Positions 9,237 to 23,189 are shown, counted from the first letter of the stretch. The stretch: 64,000 bases of DNA from Anolis carolinensis (GCF_035594765.1 NC_085842.1:83738782-83802781); one strand, 5' to 3'. Notes: generated by a model from the letters alone, not told the origin. Translations and numbers: made by a program.

Positions 9237-12200
9237 ACCCACAGAGGCAGTGTAGACAGTCATTGTGTGCTGTTAATGCAGCTTACTTGCCCAGTTGTAC
9301 TGTACCTCATGCACACCATCCTGTGCAGCTACATGTCCCTGCAAAACGATGGATCTGGAGCACAGTTAACCGTTTAGTTTTGAAGCATCTCTACTCAAAG
9401 GAAATAAAAGCAGCTGCAGTCTCTGAACTGGATAGCGATCAGGAATAGCACTGGCTTTGGGGTATGTGTAGATAGGATTTGTGTCACGTGAGTTGTCTCA
9501 CTTCGCTTAGGAACTTGCTCAAAATGCCCCCCTCTGAGTCCAGCAAAGTCTTTCTAGTGGGAGTCAGTTGACATTTTGGTGGCAGCAAAATGGAAAACCT
9601 ACCTTCAATATTTCCTAATGAGATATGCTGTTTGTTAAACAACCTTAGTCAGCTTCTGTGAAAGTTGACACTGAAGTTTCTGATTATATGCTGTAGATGG
9701 GTAAAGGTGAACAGCAAGGCCTTAGGCTTTTCCACACCTTCTTCTAAAAAATAATCTGGATAAATGCCCAACGTTCCTTGAAGGGAGCAAGGAGTGATAT
9801 TCAGTACTACACTTAACGAGGCCAACTGAAGCTGTCCAATACAGATTTAATCTTGAGGCTTCTGCTAAAACAGGCTGATCTGTGCACACCTTGTTCGTTT
9901 TTGTCACATTTCCTTAGGAAATTTTACTTTTTTATCACAAGCTATATCTTTTTTCGATTTTTCCAGTGAGAAAGGGCCATTGGCTAGCAAATGTGCTGTG
10001 GCAGATCAGTCTGTTAGCAGGAGCACTATCCAAGCAACTTAGCAGGCCACTTCTTTGTTGAGCTGTGACTTTGTTTCTTAGTCATCTTTTCCTCTGGCAA
10101 TATACATCCTGTTCATGTATGAGACCATGGGACACATTGTCACATCTATCCAATGTCACCCTTATTTTAGGATAGGTTTTTTTTTTTTAATCTTCTGAAC
10201 TGGCTCTAGGTGACAGTTACTTCTTGTTCCTTTAGGCTAAGGAAATTTTGTTGTTTAGGTCCAGATGGTTGCCCGAGTGTTCTTGACTCCTTTGGCTGTC
10301 ACACTTCTTCAGCACATAGTAATGGAGTTCTGTTGTCTTTCATTGGCAGCCTTTGTAACTGCTCTAATTGGGCCAGGTATTGTCTGATGTCAGATAATGC
10401 AGCACAATTCAAAGGAGAGTTGTATCTCTTCTTCCTGAAGAGACCTGCCCCTTTCTCTCCATGGGCATTTCTGAAACATTTCATGAATAGAACCACAACT
10501 GCAGGCAAAAATAGCACAAGTAGCTGTGTAAGTACCAAAGTGGTAGGTCTGTCTCTTCTCCCCATTTTATTTCCTTCCATAATGTAGAACTACCTGTCCC
10601 CAATACCCAAACAGTCAAAAACCTGTCATAGGCGCTGATATCAGTTACATATGCAGTGTGCAACAAGGAGAACTTTGCCTGCCTTCCTGTCTTTTCTACC
10701 AATCCTTCAGAATTTGTATAGAGCTTCAAAGGGATTGTGGTTTGCTTTAACTGTAGGAAGTTTGCTCATTGCACATCATATTTTATTTGCCAGAGCATGT
10801 CATTGCCTTTCTGAGCACTTCAGGCATTTGCTACCTCAACATTTAATTTAATCAATCGGTACAGAATTGGGCTAGCAGAATCAATTAATCTGGATTGTGT
10901 GCACTCTGATTTTTGTACCTGCAAGGGAGTCCTTCTTAGGCATTATGAACCAGACAATAAGGGTGTGTGAGGTATGTAACAAATGTTGAAAGAGGTATTT
11001 GTGATCACTGGCTGTCATCTACCCCTATTTCAGTACTATTAACTGCATTTCTAGTCTGTAGGCTCTATCCTTTTTGTGCAACAAACATAACTGTCCCTGA
11101 GGTGCAACTGCTTTGCTATGCAAAATTCATGCTGTGAATCTGAAATTCTGGAACAGCACAGTTACTTGTAAATGGAAACTTGCATCACCTGCAGACATTG
11201 GGCATCTGTCAGATTTCCATCCTCAACCCCCACCCAAACTGTGCACTGAAACTTACCATTTGGTTCAGCTCCAGGTAGATGATGCTGATGCTGGTCAACT
11301 GACATCATTATCCTTCATCAGGCAGGGAAATTTCCACTGCCATGAAACAAGAGCATACCAGGGATAGAAGTACACTCCTTGGCAAATGGAGTATTGTGGT
11401 GCATGGTGATTTGTGAACTAAAATCAAGGGGTCTGTGCTTAAGCAGTATAGTTGAGGAGGGAGGAAGGTGTTCCTCCAGAGCTGGTTGAGAAAAAGCAGG
11501 GTTTTTTCTGTATAGTGTTCATGCTGAGGAAACTGCGCTCTTTTGCATGAGACTGGAGTGATGGAGAATACTGGGGCTGGAAGGCTCAATGCTTCTACCC
11601 TTCCCCCATATCTACATTTCCTGAAAGATTTAATTTATTTTTTTCCTTGGCTGCCTTTTTTCTGAGCAAGCAGATACGTGTGATCAAAAAACAATACTGT
11701 GTGATATTGGCTTGCGTTTATCTCTGCCACTTCTTGTGCTTTGGCACCTACAGCTGGGGATTGGGATGTAAATGGAGCCTCTGACCAGCGGAAGCTTTTT
11801 TCCTGCTTGGCTTGAAATCTCCTCAGAGGTGGCAGACTCCCTGGAGCTGACTGGCAGCTGCTCTCAGGCCGTTTCCCGCAAAGGCTGGCTTGCCCACTGG
11901 GACTGCAGCTGTGCAATTAGGCTGCTTGGATTCTGCAATCCCTTTCATGCTGTTTGTATCATTGCACTTTCCGGCAGCCCTGCTCCTTTGCTGAGCGGCA
12001 CCTGTTGTCAGAGAGAGGGCTTGTGGAGACTGCTGTATACAGGATAATGCTGATAATGTGAAAACTGATGTAAATAATATACATATATAAATATATATTA
12101 TCACAGTTGGTGGAACAAGCAAAAGTTATATTTCCTTTTTTATGATTCTTCTGGGCAAATATGTGGTTGTGTAGAAGACTCGGGCCCACTAGCACTACAC

Positions 12201-12325
12201 TTCCTGTAGCATAAATCTGAGAACCTGAAGACAAATGTGTATCATATTTATGGTCTGTTTCCTCTGCCTTGAAGTGCATTTGTCGAGTTTTGTTAAATTT
12301 CAATAAAATTATTTCTAAGTCCGAA
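9237..12325 (+). other. TUSC2: Probable long TUSC2 3' UTR with distal poly(A) signal
   Basis: No recognisable repeats over ~3 kb; AATAAA at 9403-9408 and 12302-12307, the latter after an AU-rich stretch and before a GU/U-rich stretch. Confidence 0.5.
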
Positions 12326-13867
12326 AACTTGGTGCTTCTTTTGACATTGGCTCTGGAATAGGCCCTACTGGGTCTATATGGAAACGAATCTCTGCCTTTC
12401 ATGTACAGCCATCCCAAGCAAGCCACCTCAGGCAACCCACTAATCTGACTAGAGGTTTAACCTTATTTTTCTGAAAATCCAGTATCCTTGATTTGTGAGG
12501 TCTAGGCTAAGAGCGATACAAAACTATTTCAAAGCTGAACTGATTTTCTAATGATGAAAATTGTGTCCTGAAGGTTTTCAGGGCTTAAGCTCAGTTGTGT
12601 TTCAAAACCAGTTTGCAAATAGAGCAGCCGGCTGTAGCGTCCCCTGCCCACGACATATGCAAATTAAGATTATCCCTTACTAATCAAGCTTTAAACAACT
12701 TTGCTGCCAGTGGATTAGAAGCTGCAAAGGAAGACCAACTGTTCATATCCCAGGTTTCCACAAAAAAAGCACCCACCAGCTTCTGTATGTAATATCTACC
12801 TTGTGGACTCAGTGTTTGGTGAAAGATTATATAGAACCAAAGAATAAATGGGAGCATAGGCTCTATAACTGTTTATTAATGGGCAGACTATTTGTATACC
12901 ATATCTGTCACTTGTTAATTGTTCCAGTTTGCAATTCTTTTGGCTCTGCAATCCTTAAGTCATACTGACCAAAATGAAATAATACATTAACCAAAACTAT
13001 TCAGAGAAGTAGTTCACATTTGCTTGTAGAATGAAACAGTGGCTGAAGACAGTAAAACCAACCCCATAGTACTTTTTTGATATAGGGTTAACTTGATCAC
13101 ATATTAAACTGCTCAATCTTTTACATGCTACCTTGTCTTGCTGCAGCAAGCAAACATAGTTATGGATCTCGAAGCTTTTAATGTGAGCCACCATGGTTCC
13201 CATATTGAGGAAACGGCAATATATGAATTAAATAAATACATTTTTGCATATAGGTATTGGTGGTTAGAATAGAAAGGTGGTCATATTCTTTGTGTTCTCT
13301 CAGATATACCTTATCTGTTTTTAAGGAACAACAGTATAAAACTAGTGTGCTATGACCATAATATCTACAATCACTACTTGACATTATGGTGTATCAGCTG
13401 GTATCCTTGATAGTTACCTCAGAAATAGTCACTTTCAGAATCTGATTTAGATTTGCTAGAGATTTTTTTTAAGCTACAGGTATATTTAATGAAGTCAATG
13501 TGATATATTGGTAGCTTTTGATAAAACCATAGCAAATCTAAACCACTTTTTCTTTAAGCTAAAAATTAGTACCTGGGCAGAGATAACAGAAAGAAGACAG
13601 GTAGCTTCCTACACCACTAAAAATAAGAGCAGTTCAACATGTTTTAGCAAATGTTCTAGCCAAATCTTACAACGTGTTCATGGGAAATTAAACTACTATA
13701 TTAAGGTAATCTTGCATGAGTAAAGGAAAACTTTGAATCTTCTAGAGACCACTTGAAAACCTCCAAAATGCATCAAGAGATGATTTTTTTCTTTCTTTCA
13801 CCAGCCTCCATTTTTCATATGATTTCCATTTTGTCAGTGAACGTAGATATTTTTGCAAAAGGTTGTT

Positions 13868-13980
13868 GTGCCCACATCTGTGGACAAAACGTCAGGAGAG
13901 AATGCTTCTGGAACATGGCCATACAACCCAGAAAATGCACAACAACCCAGTGATTCCGGCCATGAAAGCCTTCAATAACG
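13868..13980 (+). mobile_element. Penelope-like element 3' terminal fragment
   Basis: aaacgtcaggagagaatgcttctggaacatggccatac...catgaaagccttc, shared with 48800-48895. Confidence 0.75.
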
Positions 13981-14557
13981 TATTTTTGCAAATGTGAGGG
14001 GACCACGTGAAGCATGCTAATATGCTTCCCTTTCTTCTCTGTTCTGTTCACATATACTCAGTAAGGGATTCTGGAGGCAACTGCTGTTTTATTTTGCCTG
14101 TTGTTGGGAGACAGCTACAGTAGAATCTTCTATGGAAGAATCCCGTTCTTTTGCAGGTCAAGTTTTATTGCTTTGCTCCGGGCACACTGCTGTAACACAA
14201 CACCAGCCCTTCTTCATTGTCCTTCTAATGTACATGCTGATAAGAAATCTTCCAGCTAGTTAGAGGACAAGTATGGGTGGGCTTCAAAAGATGGTAAAAA
14301 GCATCTGCTTTGTCAGAGGCTTTGTTAACTCAGGTATGCCTGTAATTATATCAGTGCTGTTGAATCTGTTAATAGACACAAGATGGCACTGTAGATGGAC
14401 TTAATACAGCTGGGAATTTTGAAGTGGTGAAGCACATGGAGCTGGAGATTCATTTATGCATGTAATGACAATCCATTAATCTTAACCTTTCCAAGCAAAG
14501 GCTTCAGTGACATATTTCAAGTTGTGGAAACAAGAAAGAAAACTATCTGAAATCTTC

Positions 14558-14715
14558 TTAGAATCCTAGACTTCCAAGACACCCCAATGGGCCTTTCAGT
14601 TCAACCCCATTCTGCCATGCAGGAATACATAAAGCACTCCTAACAGATGGTCATACAGCTTCCGATGGAAAGCCTTCAGAGAAGGAGGCTCCAGCATACT
14701 CCAAGGCAGCATATT
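14558..14715 (-). mobile_element. CR1 LINE 3' fragment
   Basis: Resembles the reverse complement of a CR1 3' end; similar to 49636-49845. Confidence 0.5.
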
Positions 14716-16669
14716 TAGAAGTGTTGACGTTATACAGTATGGGGAGGGAGCATTCTAGTCTGAACAAGTGGAACAAAAAGGTAAACTTGAGATAAACCCG
14801 AGAGATTGCAACTTACTAAGTATTCTTTAGCTGCCTGGTAGATGGTGGTTGTTTCTTAGGCCATGAAGCACATTACTGCATACCAAATATAGAACGATAG
14901 TAAATATATAAATAAATCCAGTTTTGCACTAGGAGATACCTTGCAGTACATTGTTTCTTACAATGAAGGATAGATAACATTGTATTTCTGAACCTGGATC
15001 CTAGAAAACATTAATCTGGAGATGGTGGCAAAGCATCAAACACCCAGCTTCTCCTTTAAATGAACCAGTGATAGCAATTTAGTATCTTTAACCAAACCAG
15101 ATGGCACTTCTTGACTGTGGGGTGCTCAGAGTCAATTGTATGTCATGATGGCAAACACAAGCTAATGTAGAAAAAAAAACTTTCAACACTGTCCATCCTA
15201 TAAGTAATTTCAATCTGGGAAAGATGGCTAAATTTACATGTTTGTTGTTCTTAATTTCATACAGAATGGACCTCAGTGTCAGAAAATGAATCTTCTGTGC
15301 AATTTAGATCTTCCAAATGCTCTTGTCCATATTGTTGAATTCACACACAAGAAAATACTTACGTTTTCCATTCATGAACTATACACAAGAACCATATCAT
15401 TTTTTAATAAGAGAAGCAATGTTCATGCAGAGAGTTTTTTTTTTCTTGGGAGCTGGTGCCAGGTGTACAAAGGCACTCGCAAAGTTGCCGCAGATCTGTG
15501 TCCATGGGGAAAGGGATAAACTGCACAGGTGATCCTGGGAGCATCCCTGAGGATGAGGAAGTACTGGAAGGAGCTAAAATGCTGCTTTGGACCAGGAGAT
15601 GGCAGCTGTCAGCTGTGTTGCATGTGCCCTTCCTACTTCAAACAACCCAGGCTGATGTTTAGGTTTTCAGTTTAATTTCTGGTTTATGTGAAGGAGCTAG
15701 GAGTGTGGTTTGGCCCATCCAGCCCAGACAATGAGTGATTTGTTCCAACTTTGCTGTGTCCTGCGATATTTCACCCTCTGCTGAGAGGTTTCCTTGGAAT
15801 TGTGAAATATGACCAGTTTCTGCTAACCAAACCCATCAGTTTCTGGCTGCTGTGGGCAGGGAAGCTCTATAATCAAGTTGTGGCCTCACTTCTCAGGAGC
15901 CGAATAAAGTTATGATCGGGAGAGCTCTCGAGTTACTGTTAATGACTATTAGAAGCTTTTGCATGGGAGAACTGCTAAAGCGGGTTTCAATCTCCCTTGC
16001 CATATGGCAATTTAGCTTTCTGTATACAACAGAATATGTGTTACTTTGGTTTAAGTTGCTGTTTAACCATTTTGTCTCAGTTAAGAGAGATACATGTGAA
16101 CACTCTTTTTCCTGTAGGCTTTAGAATTCAACAGTCAAGCAGGGGGCATATGTTGTTTTGACAATACAGAAAGCACTGTTTATGCCAATTTCATTTAATT
16201 TAGATTTGAGGTGTTGAGTGATTTCAGCTCTATTAAAACCACGGTTTTGGGGGCCTAGCGTGTCTACCTTCCCAGAAGGCCAAATCAGACACAGAAGGTT
16301 GAAGGCAAAAGCAGAGGTTTATTCTCATGGCTGGAGAGGATGTCAGTGGAAAAGCACTCCAAAGGACTGACACAACAATTGAAAATACAGAGCATTTTAA
16401 TTGCATTTGATGGCCATTCAAGAAACCCGTGCTAGCTCCTGATTGGCTGAAAAACTTAATATCAAGGGAAGGGAGGATTTGGGAGGGGGGAGAGAGTCAG
16501 CGCTAGTGCATGGATTTCATTTTGCTTACCCCTAGTTTTGGTGAACAGATTTAACTTCAAAACATTTGCATTTAGTTCCACAATAGGCTGAACCATTTAT
16601 TCAGTGGATTGAACTGTATTTTTACAATCTTGACTATTTTAATCTGAATAGTTATTAATATATCTACTG

Positions 16670-16825
16670 CTTGGCAGAGGAACAGGATGCTTCAGAAAAT
16701 GGTGACTTCCCCTTTGTTAAAGGCTTTTCAGCACAGCTGGATGGTTGCTTGTGATGGATGTTGCAACTTCCTACTTCAGCAGAGGTTAGAATGAATTATT
16801 TTGAGGTCCCTTCTTAGGAATTCAT
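16670..16825 (+). mobile_element. Degraded CR1 LINE 3' end
   Basis: cagctggatgg...gaggtcccttc, typical of CR1 3' ends. Confidence 0.45.
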
Positions 16826-17286
16826 ATCAGAAGTATCTCTGAAGAGGCACAGAAGGAAATGCTATGACCCAGGAATGCATCTAAAAACAAATGCAGGGTT
16901 CGACTTTTATGGATTTGATTTTTCATGGATTTCATTAAAAAGTTCTCTCCAGGAATATCTGAGTCCTCTAGTGTGACTCTGGTCAACCTCTGCCTGAAAA
17001 AAATCCATGATGACAAGATTGCAGACAGAATGAAAATCAGCATTCGGGGTTCTTGCTCTATGATTGTGCTCACTCTTTAGGTTCAAGAAATAAATGACTC
17101 CAGCGTGCTAAACCTCACTGCTTTTGAGGATTAATCCTCATGATAGCATTTGTGGCATTTAAGAAACCTTAATTTGAGCATGCCATGTGTCCTCAGGTAT
17201 TTCTCTCTCTGCATTTTGCACCTTTGCTGTCCCAAGCAATGGAGATAAAGTGTGAAACCTTCGTATTTTTTCAACAAATGCTAGTA

Positions 17287-17615
17287 CAGTAGAGTCTCAC
17301 TTATCCAAGACTCGCTTATCCAACGTTCTGGATTATCCAACACATTTTTGTAGTCAATGTTTTCAATACATTGTGATATTTTGATGCTAAATTCGTAAAT
17401 ACAGTAATTACTACATAGCATTACTGCATATTAAACTACTTTTTCTGTCAAATCTGTTGTATAACATGATGTTTTGGTGCTTAATTTGAAAATTTGAAAA
17501 ACCATAACCTAATTTGATGTTTAATAGGCTTTTCCTTAATCCCTCCTTATTATCCAACATATTCGCTTATCCAACATTCTGCCAGCCCGTTTATGTTGGA
17601 TAAGTGAGACTACTG
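17287..17615. mobile_element. Tc1/mariner-pogo MITE
   Basis: TIR CAGTAGAGTCTCACTTATCCAA, TA on both sides; related copies at 23986, 39387 and 55703. Confidence 0.85.
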
Positions 17616-17798
17616 TATTTTTCCAAGTCATAATTAATCACAAGGGAGTTTTTACTGTGTAAAATTCCAATTCTCAGATTAATCTCAGTTCATCTCAGAG
17701 CAGCAGTCTTGTGTTCTGCACACTATCAATGAAGGTCTGCCCATCCTTTTGTGTCCAAAGAGAATTAATCTGTTCCTAATGATTGAATGGCTGGATAG

Positions 17799-18519
17799 CA
17801 GGGCCGGCCCCACTATTGAGGCACCTGACGCCGCCGCCTCGGGCGCAGGCCCGGGGGGGGCGCCGTCAGGCTGGGCGGGAGGCGGGGCACCGCCCTGACG
17901 GTGCCCCGCCTCCCGCCCAGTGCGCCCTGGCCCGTCTGGCCTTTTCTAGCTGGCCAGAAAGCAGCGGAGGTCCCTCCAGGCCGCAATCGCGGCCTACAGG
18001 GACCTCCGCTGCTTTCTGGCCTGCTAGAAAAGGCCAGACGGGCGAGCGGGAGTAGCGTGGGAGGCGGGGCCAGCTCTGGCGCCGCCCCCCCGCCCAGCGT
18101 GCCCTGGCCCTGCCTCCCACGCTGCGTGGGAGGCGGGGCCAAGGCACGCTGGGCGGGGGGGAGCGGCGTCAGAGCTGGCTCCGCCTCCCACGCTACTCCC
18201 GCTCGCCCGTCTGGCCTTTTCTAGCAGGCCAGAAAGCAGCGGAGGTCCCTCCAGGCCGCGATCGCGGCCTGGAGGGACCTCCGCTGCTTTCTGGCCTGCT
18301 AGAAAAGGCCAGACGGGCGAGCGGGAGTAGCGTGGGAGGCGGGGCCAGCTCTGGCCCCACCCCCCCCGCCCAGCGTGCCCTGGCCCCGCCTCCCACGCTG
18401 CGTGGGAGGCGGGGCCAGGGCACGCTGGGCGGGGGGCGGGGCGCGGGAGGCGGGGCCGGTGGCGGGGGCGCTTTTCAGCACCCCCGCTTCCCATTAAAAA
18501 ATATCTCCGGCCGGCCCTG
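17799..18519. mobile_element. GC/CpG-rich non-autonomous hAT element made of tandem palindromes
   Basis: 11-bp TIR CAGGGCCGGCC; perfect 8-bp TSD CTGGATAG at 17791-17798 and 18520-18527. Confidence 0.9.
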
Positions 18520-20844
18520 CTGGATAGGCCCCCTTTTCATATCCAGCGCTTAGCTTTGGTGGCAAAAATACCATGAGAGCATCTATCTGATTTTTAATGT
18601 ACACAATTTTAACACAATTCCCTTAGGTCATATTGAGAGTATGCCATATTTGTATATTTCTAAAACATCTACCGTCATCAATATATTTCTAAAGTCAAAT
18701 GGATATGTGTGTGTGTATATATAACTATATTATATAGAATATCTCAACTTACTCCCCTTTCCATCCTGCATTCCCCCCAAAACTGGAACTCAGGTGGATT
18801 ATAGTAAGGTACAATACAGCTAAACTAAAGTTACTAAGAAGTTAAAATACAGTGGGTGCCTGGTATTTGCTGATGTTTGATTCCAGCCCCTTCCCCTCCG
18901 GTAAATACCAAAATCCTTGGAGCCTCGAGGCTTAATTTATCAAGGTTAAAGTCAGGTTTTGTTTTTTGGAATTATTTTCAAGAAATGGAAGGTGTAATGA
19001 GCTCTAAATACTTTTTAGAGCTCATTCAGCAAAATACCAGTAGGTTGTTTTTAAGCTGTGGATAATGGAATCTGTAGGTGCAGAATTGGTGGATACAGAG
19101 GGCCAACTACACAGTTTGCATTGATAAAAGAAAGCATAGCAATGACTCAATTAAAAGTCCCAGTAAGTGAGCTGAGTTGCCCAAACCCCACATAAATATA
19201 AAAGTTTGAGGCTGCTGTGGTAAAGACTAAGTACTGGTTGACGCCTGTAACGCAAGATCAGAAATCACAGCCGATTTTTAAAACGTTTCTGAGATGTATA
19301 GCAATCAGAATATGGAATGAAAATCTAAAGGCTTTGGCTCAGCTTTCCCTCCCCCTTAATGCTTACTGAGTTCTGATAATATAAAATAAAGGCCTGTTTG
19401 CTTTAGGTTTCTGAAGAGTGTAACTCTCTTTCCCCACAAGGCCACTGAGACCCGGTAGGGGCTGCTGGAGGTCTTGCCAAAGTGCAAAGGAAAGGCTTTC
19501 CAGGAACCATTAAAACACATTTCCACACCCCCAGCTGTGGCCTGAGGAGACCAGAAAGATTTGGCAGTGCCAGCGCTCCTGCTTTGGAAACTGAAAAGAG
19601 ACCTCCCCCATTTCAGCAGATGATGAGCTTGTGGTCTTTCCTGGTGACAAAATGTGGTTTCTCTCTCAAAGGGCCCATGCTGTGCCATGAGACTGGACAG
19701 GAAGAAGCAGATGGGGCTCTAGAGAAGGGGTTTGCATGAGAAGGAAGTGTTTTGTTCCTTGAGGAGCAACAAAGAGGGACTGAAAAAGCCCCCCCGCAAA
19801 AAAAATTGCATCAGTAATGTAATGATGTTGATAGGTTTATTTGGAAACAAGTCCAAAGCAGAATTCAGGGCAATCAGTGCAGTGATTTGGTCACAAGGCA
19901 GTTTCCAAAGGACATGTTGTGTCAATATCTTTATTAGGCCAACAGAAAAGGCACAGAATTCCCCATGCAAGCTTTTGAAACACACATTTCTTCTTCAGAC
20001 AGATTGTTCAAAATGCGTTCAGGAGAAAGGGGTGGGGAAGGGACAGTTCACTGAGTCTGCGTGTTGTTATGAGATGGTAAGAATGAAGGACTAGTGCAGA
20101 CTAGTAAAGCAGACTCATTTTCAGTGAGAACAACAAGGCAATGAAAGGAGTTTGGTCTTGCCCATAAACAGGCAGACACAAGTATTCCTGCCAACCCCTA
20201 TATCTATCCTGTGCAAAACTCACAGGCTATTTTTTAGGAAGAGATCTGGGAGTTCTTATGAAAGTCCATACTGCCCCACTACTCAGTTATAGCATTTTCA
20301 TACCACTTTAACAGCCATACTGCATCTAGGGGTTGTAGTTTCATGAGAAATTTAGAATGCTCTACTCCAGTGCTTCTCCAGACTACAAGTCTCGGGATTC
20401 CACAGGTTGAGGCTATGGCTGTTAAATAGCTTTAATTGTGCAGTACAGAAAATTATAACTTGTTTCCAAAACAAAATTTTGAAAAATCAAATCAGAAAAC
20501 ATTTCTGGTTTGTGGTAATTATTGAATAGAGCAAGTGCCATGAAAGCTATTGCCCTATTCTCCATATTCTACTCCACCACAATATTAATGCTTGCAGGTG
20601 ACGTGTTACTTGGGTGTTACGTTTGATACTTGGTATGATACTTGAGTGTTAAGTATGGTGTAGTCTGCTTTCAAGTCCTGCTGTAGCATCAGCCAACATT
20701 TTGAAACACCACTAAGGTGCACTAGACACAAAATCTTACATGAATAAAAGAGATCAGCATTGTTCCTCACTACAAAAGGAAAAAAATTAGGTGCTATAAT
20801 TTTGTAATAATGTGACAAAAAGCTAAGAATTAACACTGTCATTG

Positions 20845-21013
20845 AGTTTTCATGGCAAAATTTGTTTAGATCAGGTTTGACATTGCCTTCTAAAATTGAG
20901 AGAAGCCGACTTGCCCAAGGTTACCCAGTGGATTTCCATGACTGAGCAAGGATTCAAACCCTGGGCTTCAAAATTATAACCCAGTGCTCAAACCTCTATA
21001 CCAGGCTAGCTCT
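20845..21013 (-). mobile_element. tRNA-derived SINE fragment
   Basis: gacttgcccaaggttacccagtggatttccatg, reverse-complement match to the 22394-22619 family. Confidence 0.6.
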
Positions 21014-22015
21014 CAGAACAGTAGGCATTTTATTATCTAAGTGTTCCCTTTTATTACTGTTAAATGTGTTTGTTTAGTTTGCTCATTCCGTTGGTTTAAC
21101 CGTATACAATGTACAGCATCAAATGCTATATTATTAATAATGTGATAGTCAAGCAGTTGGATGCCATGGAACCATCATGCGGTGGGCAAAATTGCCCTTT
21201 GGGGAAAATATCTCATTTTCTCAAGTGCAAAACAATCACAGTTTGAGTCTTTGGACATCACTGCGAGTCCAGATATGTGTGTTACAAATGGGAAATAATC
21301 TCTGTATTTCATATTAAAAAACATTATCCATGATCACATGGAAAGTTCATTAATAATTGTCCTTACTCTGGTGTCTGCTGTCAATGTACCTAAAGTTAAG
21401 TACACACATGCTGTTCAGAGATAAACATTAAAAGTAGTGTGAGTGACTTCACTTGGCAGCATGCCATTGCTCAGCTCAGGCGCTGCTTGGCACAAAAGAA
21501 AGGAGGGGCTGTGATTCCGATAAACTTCAGAGCCTTATCAGTGCCAACAGGCTAGATTTGTGGCTGGGTGTGATGTCCATGGAACCAAAGGAAAGGATGT
21601 CTACACCCAAGAAAGGTGGAACAGTATAGGACAGGATAGATTCCATGAGGTCTGTGAACTTAGATGAAAAACTAAAATTATATCTTTAGCTTTAGTAACC
21701 TCTCAGGTTGACATTTAGCATTTCCTTTAATTATGAATTTAAGCAACAAATGACAGCATTACTAGAAGTACCTCTAATATTGTCACCATAACAAGTATGC
21801 AGACATCTCAAAGTATCATTCAAGATTATTACTAATTTGAAATCATACTACAACCGCCATGTCTGCAGGCAGTATGTTCCCAAATTTCACATCAATGTGC
21901 AAAACCATAGATAAAGTCTTCTTGAAATGAAATATCTCTGGCCCAAGCATATTATAGAGTCATACAGGCAGCCCTATGGAATACCTAGAGATAATATATT
22001 TTGTTGGCTATAGAT

Positions 22016-22150
22016 CAGTGGTTCTCAACCTGTGGGTCCCCAGATGTTTTGGCCTTCAGCTCCCAGAAAACTTAACAGCTGGTAAACTGGCTAAGATTTT
22101 TAGGAGTTGTAGGCCAAAACACCTGGGGACCCACAGGTTGAGAATCACTG
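22016..22150. mobile_element. hAT MITE (CAGTGGTTCTCAACC TIR)
   Basis: Fold-back structure; TSD CTATAGAT/ATATAGAT (7/8). Confidence 0.85.
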
Positions 22151-22393
22151 ATATAGATCAATGAAACCATCAGTACCGATCCTGCGGGTACATGGTCAAA
22201 TTGTACACTAAGGATTAGACTTACCACTTGATAACATGTGATTGCAGTTCATATGCTTCACCAGGCTGCCAAAGAGATCCATAGCACAGTAAAGAGTAAG
22301 AATCCTGGTTTTAGAATAAAGAAATGTGAGGCTCATTCCCATAGGTAATTTGTCAACATAAGGTTCTGCCATTACCAACAATTGACAATTGAA

Positions 22394-22619
22394 AGCCAGT
22401 GTGGTGTAGTGGTTTGAGTATTGGACTATGACTCTGGAGACCAGGCTCCAAATCCCCAGCTGACCATGGAAATCCATTGGATGGCCTTGGGCAAGTCTCA
22501 GCCTCAGAGGCAGGAAAAGGCAACTCTGCTCTGAACAAATTTTGCCTAGAAATAATTGGAATAGGGTCACCTTAGAGTTCATAAGTCAGAAATGACTTGA
22601 AGGCATACAACAACAACAG
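22394..22619 (+). mobile_element. tRNA-derived SINE with CORE-like segment and (CAA)n tail
   Basis: A-box-like TGGTGTAGTGG, ccttgggcaagtc, tail gacttgaaggcatacaacaacaaca; several copies in window. Confidence 0.7.
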
Positions 22620-23189
22620 CTGGTGATGATAAATGTGTAATCACAATTTCCCACCAAGGAGAATTTTGGCAGTTGCCATTTGTCTTTTTGATTTTCCAAA
22701 GGCAGGTAAAAGGTTCTTTTGAGAAAGCTTTTGACAGAGGTGTGTGTGTGTTAGACTGGGTGAAAAAGGCCCATTCAGAGGTTTCCTTTCCAGCGTCTCT
22801 CACCAGAAAGCAAAGCTGTCGCAATCCAAAGCAGGACTCCTATTGCAAGCCCTTACTGGAGTCTCTCTCACTAGTAAGAGCAAGTGGAAACATCCTTATG
22901 CTTCAGTCAGAAGTGAGTAGATCCCCCCCCCCCCAAAAAAAGTCCAGCATCTGGCTCTTAAGGTGTGTTCAGAGATCAGGTCACAGGAGAGGTAATGTTA
23001 CTTAGGTATGGAGACTTAACTGAGTAGTTGAGATAGTATACTGAAAATGCTTTTAAAAGGGTAGATTTGTTAATGTTATTATTATTGTTGTTATTTCCTT
23101 AAGTTGTTTCTGACGTAAGGCAACCCTAAAAGGTTTTCTGAGAAGTATGTGACTTGTCCCAAGGTCACCCAATAGGTTTTTAATGATGG

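Noticed and set aside
10299-10580. 93-aa antisense ORF with a hydrophobic segment
   Set aside because: No recognisable homology or exon context; short ORFs like this arise by chance in UTRs.
17929-18436. CRISPR-like repeat array
   Set aside because: Vertebrate DNA; repeats are long palindromes without unique spacers, and there are no cas genes.
17783-18553. Cluster of Pro/Ala/Gly-rich ORFs, or a host CpG-island promoter
   Set aside because: Explained by a GC-rich palindromic transposon with TIRs and an 8-bp TSD.
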